Assembly: GCF_009914755.1 (NCBI RefSeq)
Contig: NC_060928.1
Strand: one strand, 5' to 3'
DNA length: 64,000 nucleotides
DNA from: the human T2T-CHM13v2.0 reference genome, Homo sapiens
Shown: piece after piece, positions 63,385 to 64,000 of the stretch
Layout of the letters: each line of letters starts with the position of its first letter
How positions within the stretch are numbered: position 1 is the stretch's first letter
Notes under the pieces: model-generated
Told to the model about the DNA's origin: nothing
The model's input: the letters and a program-made list of their open reading frames with translations, nothing else
Database searches by the model: none
Position numbers and translations under genes: made by a program

Positions 63385-64000
63385 TGAAACTGCCTTTGCA
63401 AAGTTATGACAGTAAGAGAATTCTGACATAGCTGATTCCATCTTGCTTCTGACCTCCAAGCTACCCTTGGTCATTCCTGGCTACGTGTAGGCCAAGCTAA
63501 GTTTGGGAGGAATTTAGTTTCTAGTTTTACCTTAAAGCAAAGATGATAATAGCCCTTCCCAAAACTAAATTGCCTTTGTAAAACTAGTGAAAGGTCACAA
63601 GGTTAGGATTATGAGAGGGGCCTCAATTCTGATAAGATAGGCATAGTTTCTACAATCCCTTACTGCTCAGGAGTCATGTGGCCAGAGGTCACAAGATTGC
63701 TGACTTCCCCAATTGCTCCTATAGATAACATCACTATTGTAGAACCTAAGATTGGTTTTTTGAAATATCTTTCAGACTAACCCCATTCAGACTCGCTACT
63801 CATGACTCAACTGATCCTGTGGCCCCACCCAGAGGCAGACTCAGTGCACAAGGACCATTTTCCACTCCCCTGTGATTTCATCCTCAACCAACAGCAGCAC
63901 CCATTCCCTAGCCCCCGACCACTGCTCACCAAATTGCCCATAAAAACCCTAATCTCCAAGCCTTCAGGGAGACCAATGTGAATGACAATTCTGATTCTCC
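63385..64000 (+). mobile_element. LTR8-family ERV1 LTR (LTR8A/8B-like), running off the window end
   Basis: Starts tgaaactgcctttgcaaagttatgacagt; contains ccatcttgcttct and gtaggccaagctaagtttgggaggaatttagttt. Confidence 0.8.

Overview
Human (primate) genomic DNA inside the SCD5 gene (stearoyl-CoA desaturase 5), which runs on the minus strand. Two internal coding exons are present: 40487-40617 (131 bp, His box HRLWSH) and 15930-16135 (206 bp, His box HRAHH). Both have canonical AG/GT splice sites and join in frame. The rest is intronic and repeat-rich: about 30 Alus, a near full-length L1MC element, L1/L2/MIR/CR1 fragments, MaLR/ERV LTRs and DNA transposons. There is also a processed pseudogene of SLC66A2 (PQLC1) on the plus strand. 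I found no new multi-gene system, and most ORFs in the track are repeat-derived or shadow ORFs. The most unusual structures are: (1) a ~315-bp inverted copy of nearby L2 DNA inserted into the pseudogene 3' UTR; (2) a 30-bp minisatellite in which each unit carries a perfect 18-bp palindrome; (3) a ~98%-identical dispersed duplication of a MIR; (4) a probable 3'-UTR-only retrocopy of unknown parent; (5) a readable CR1 reverse-transcriptase fossil; (6) a competing splice acceptor 19 nt upstream of the 206-bp exon. Repeat subfamily names and repeat boundaries come from recognition by eye and are approximate.
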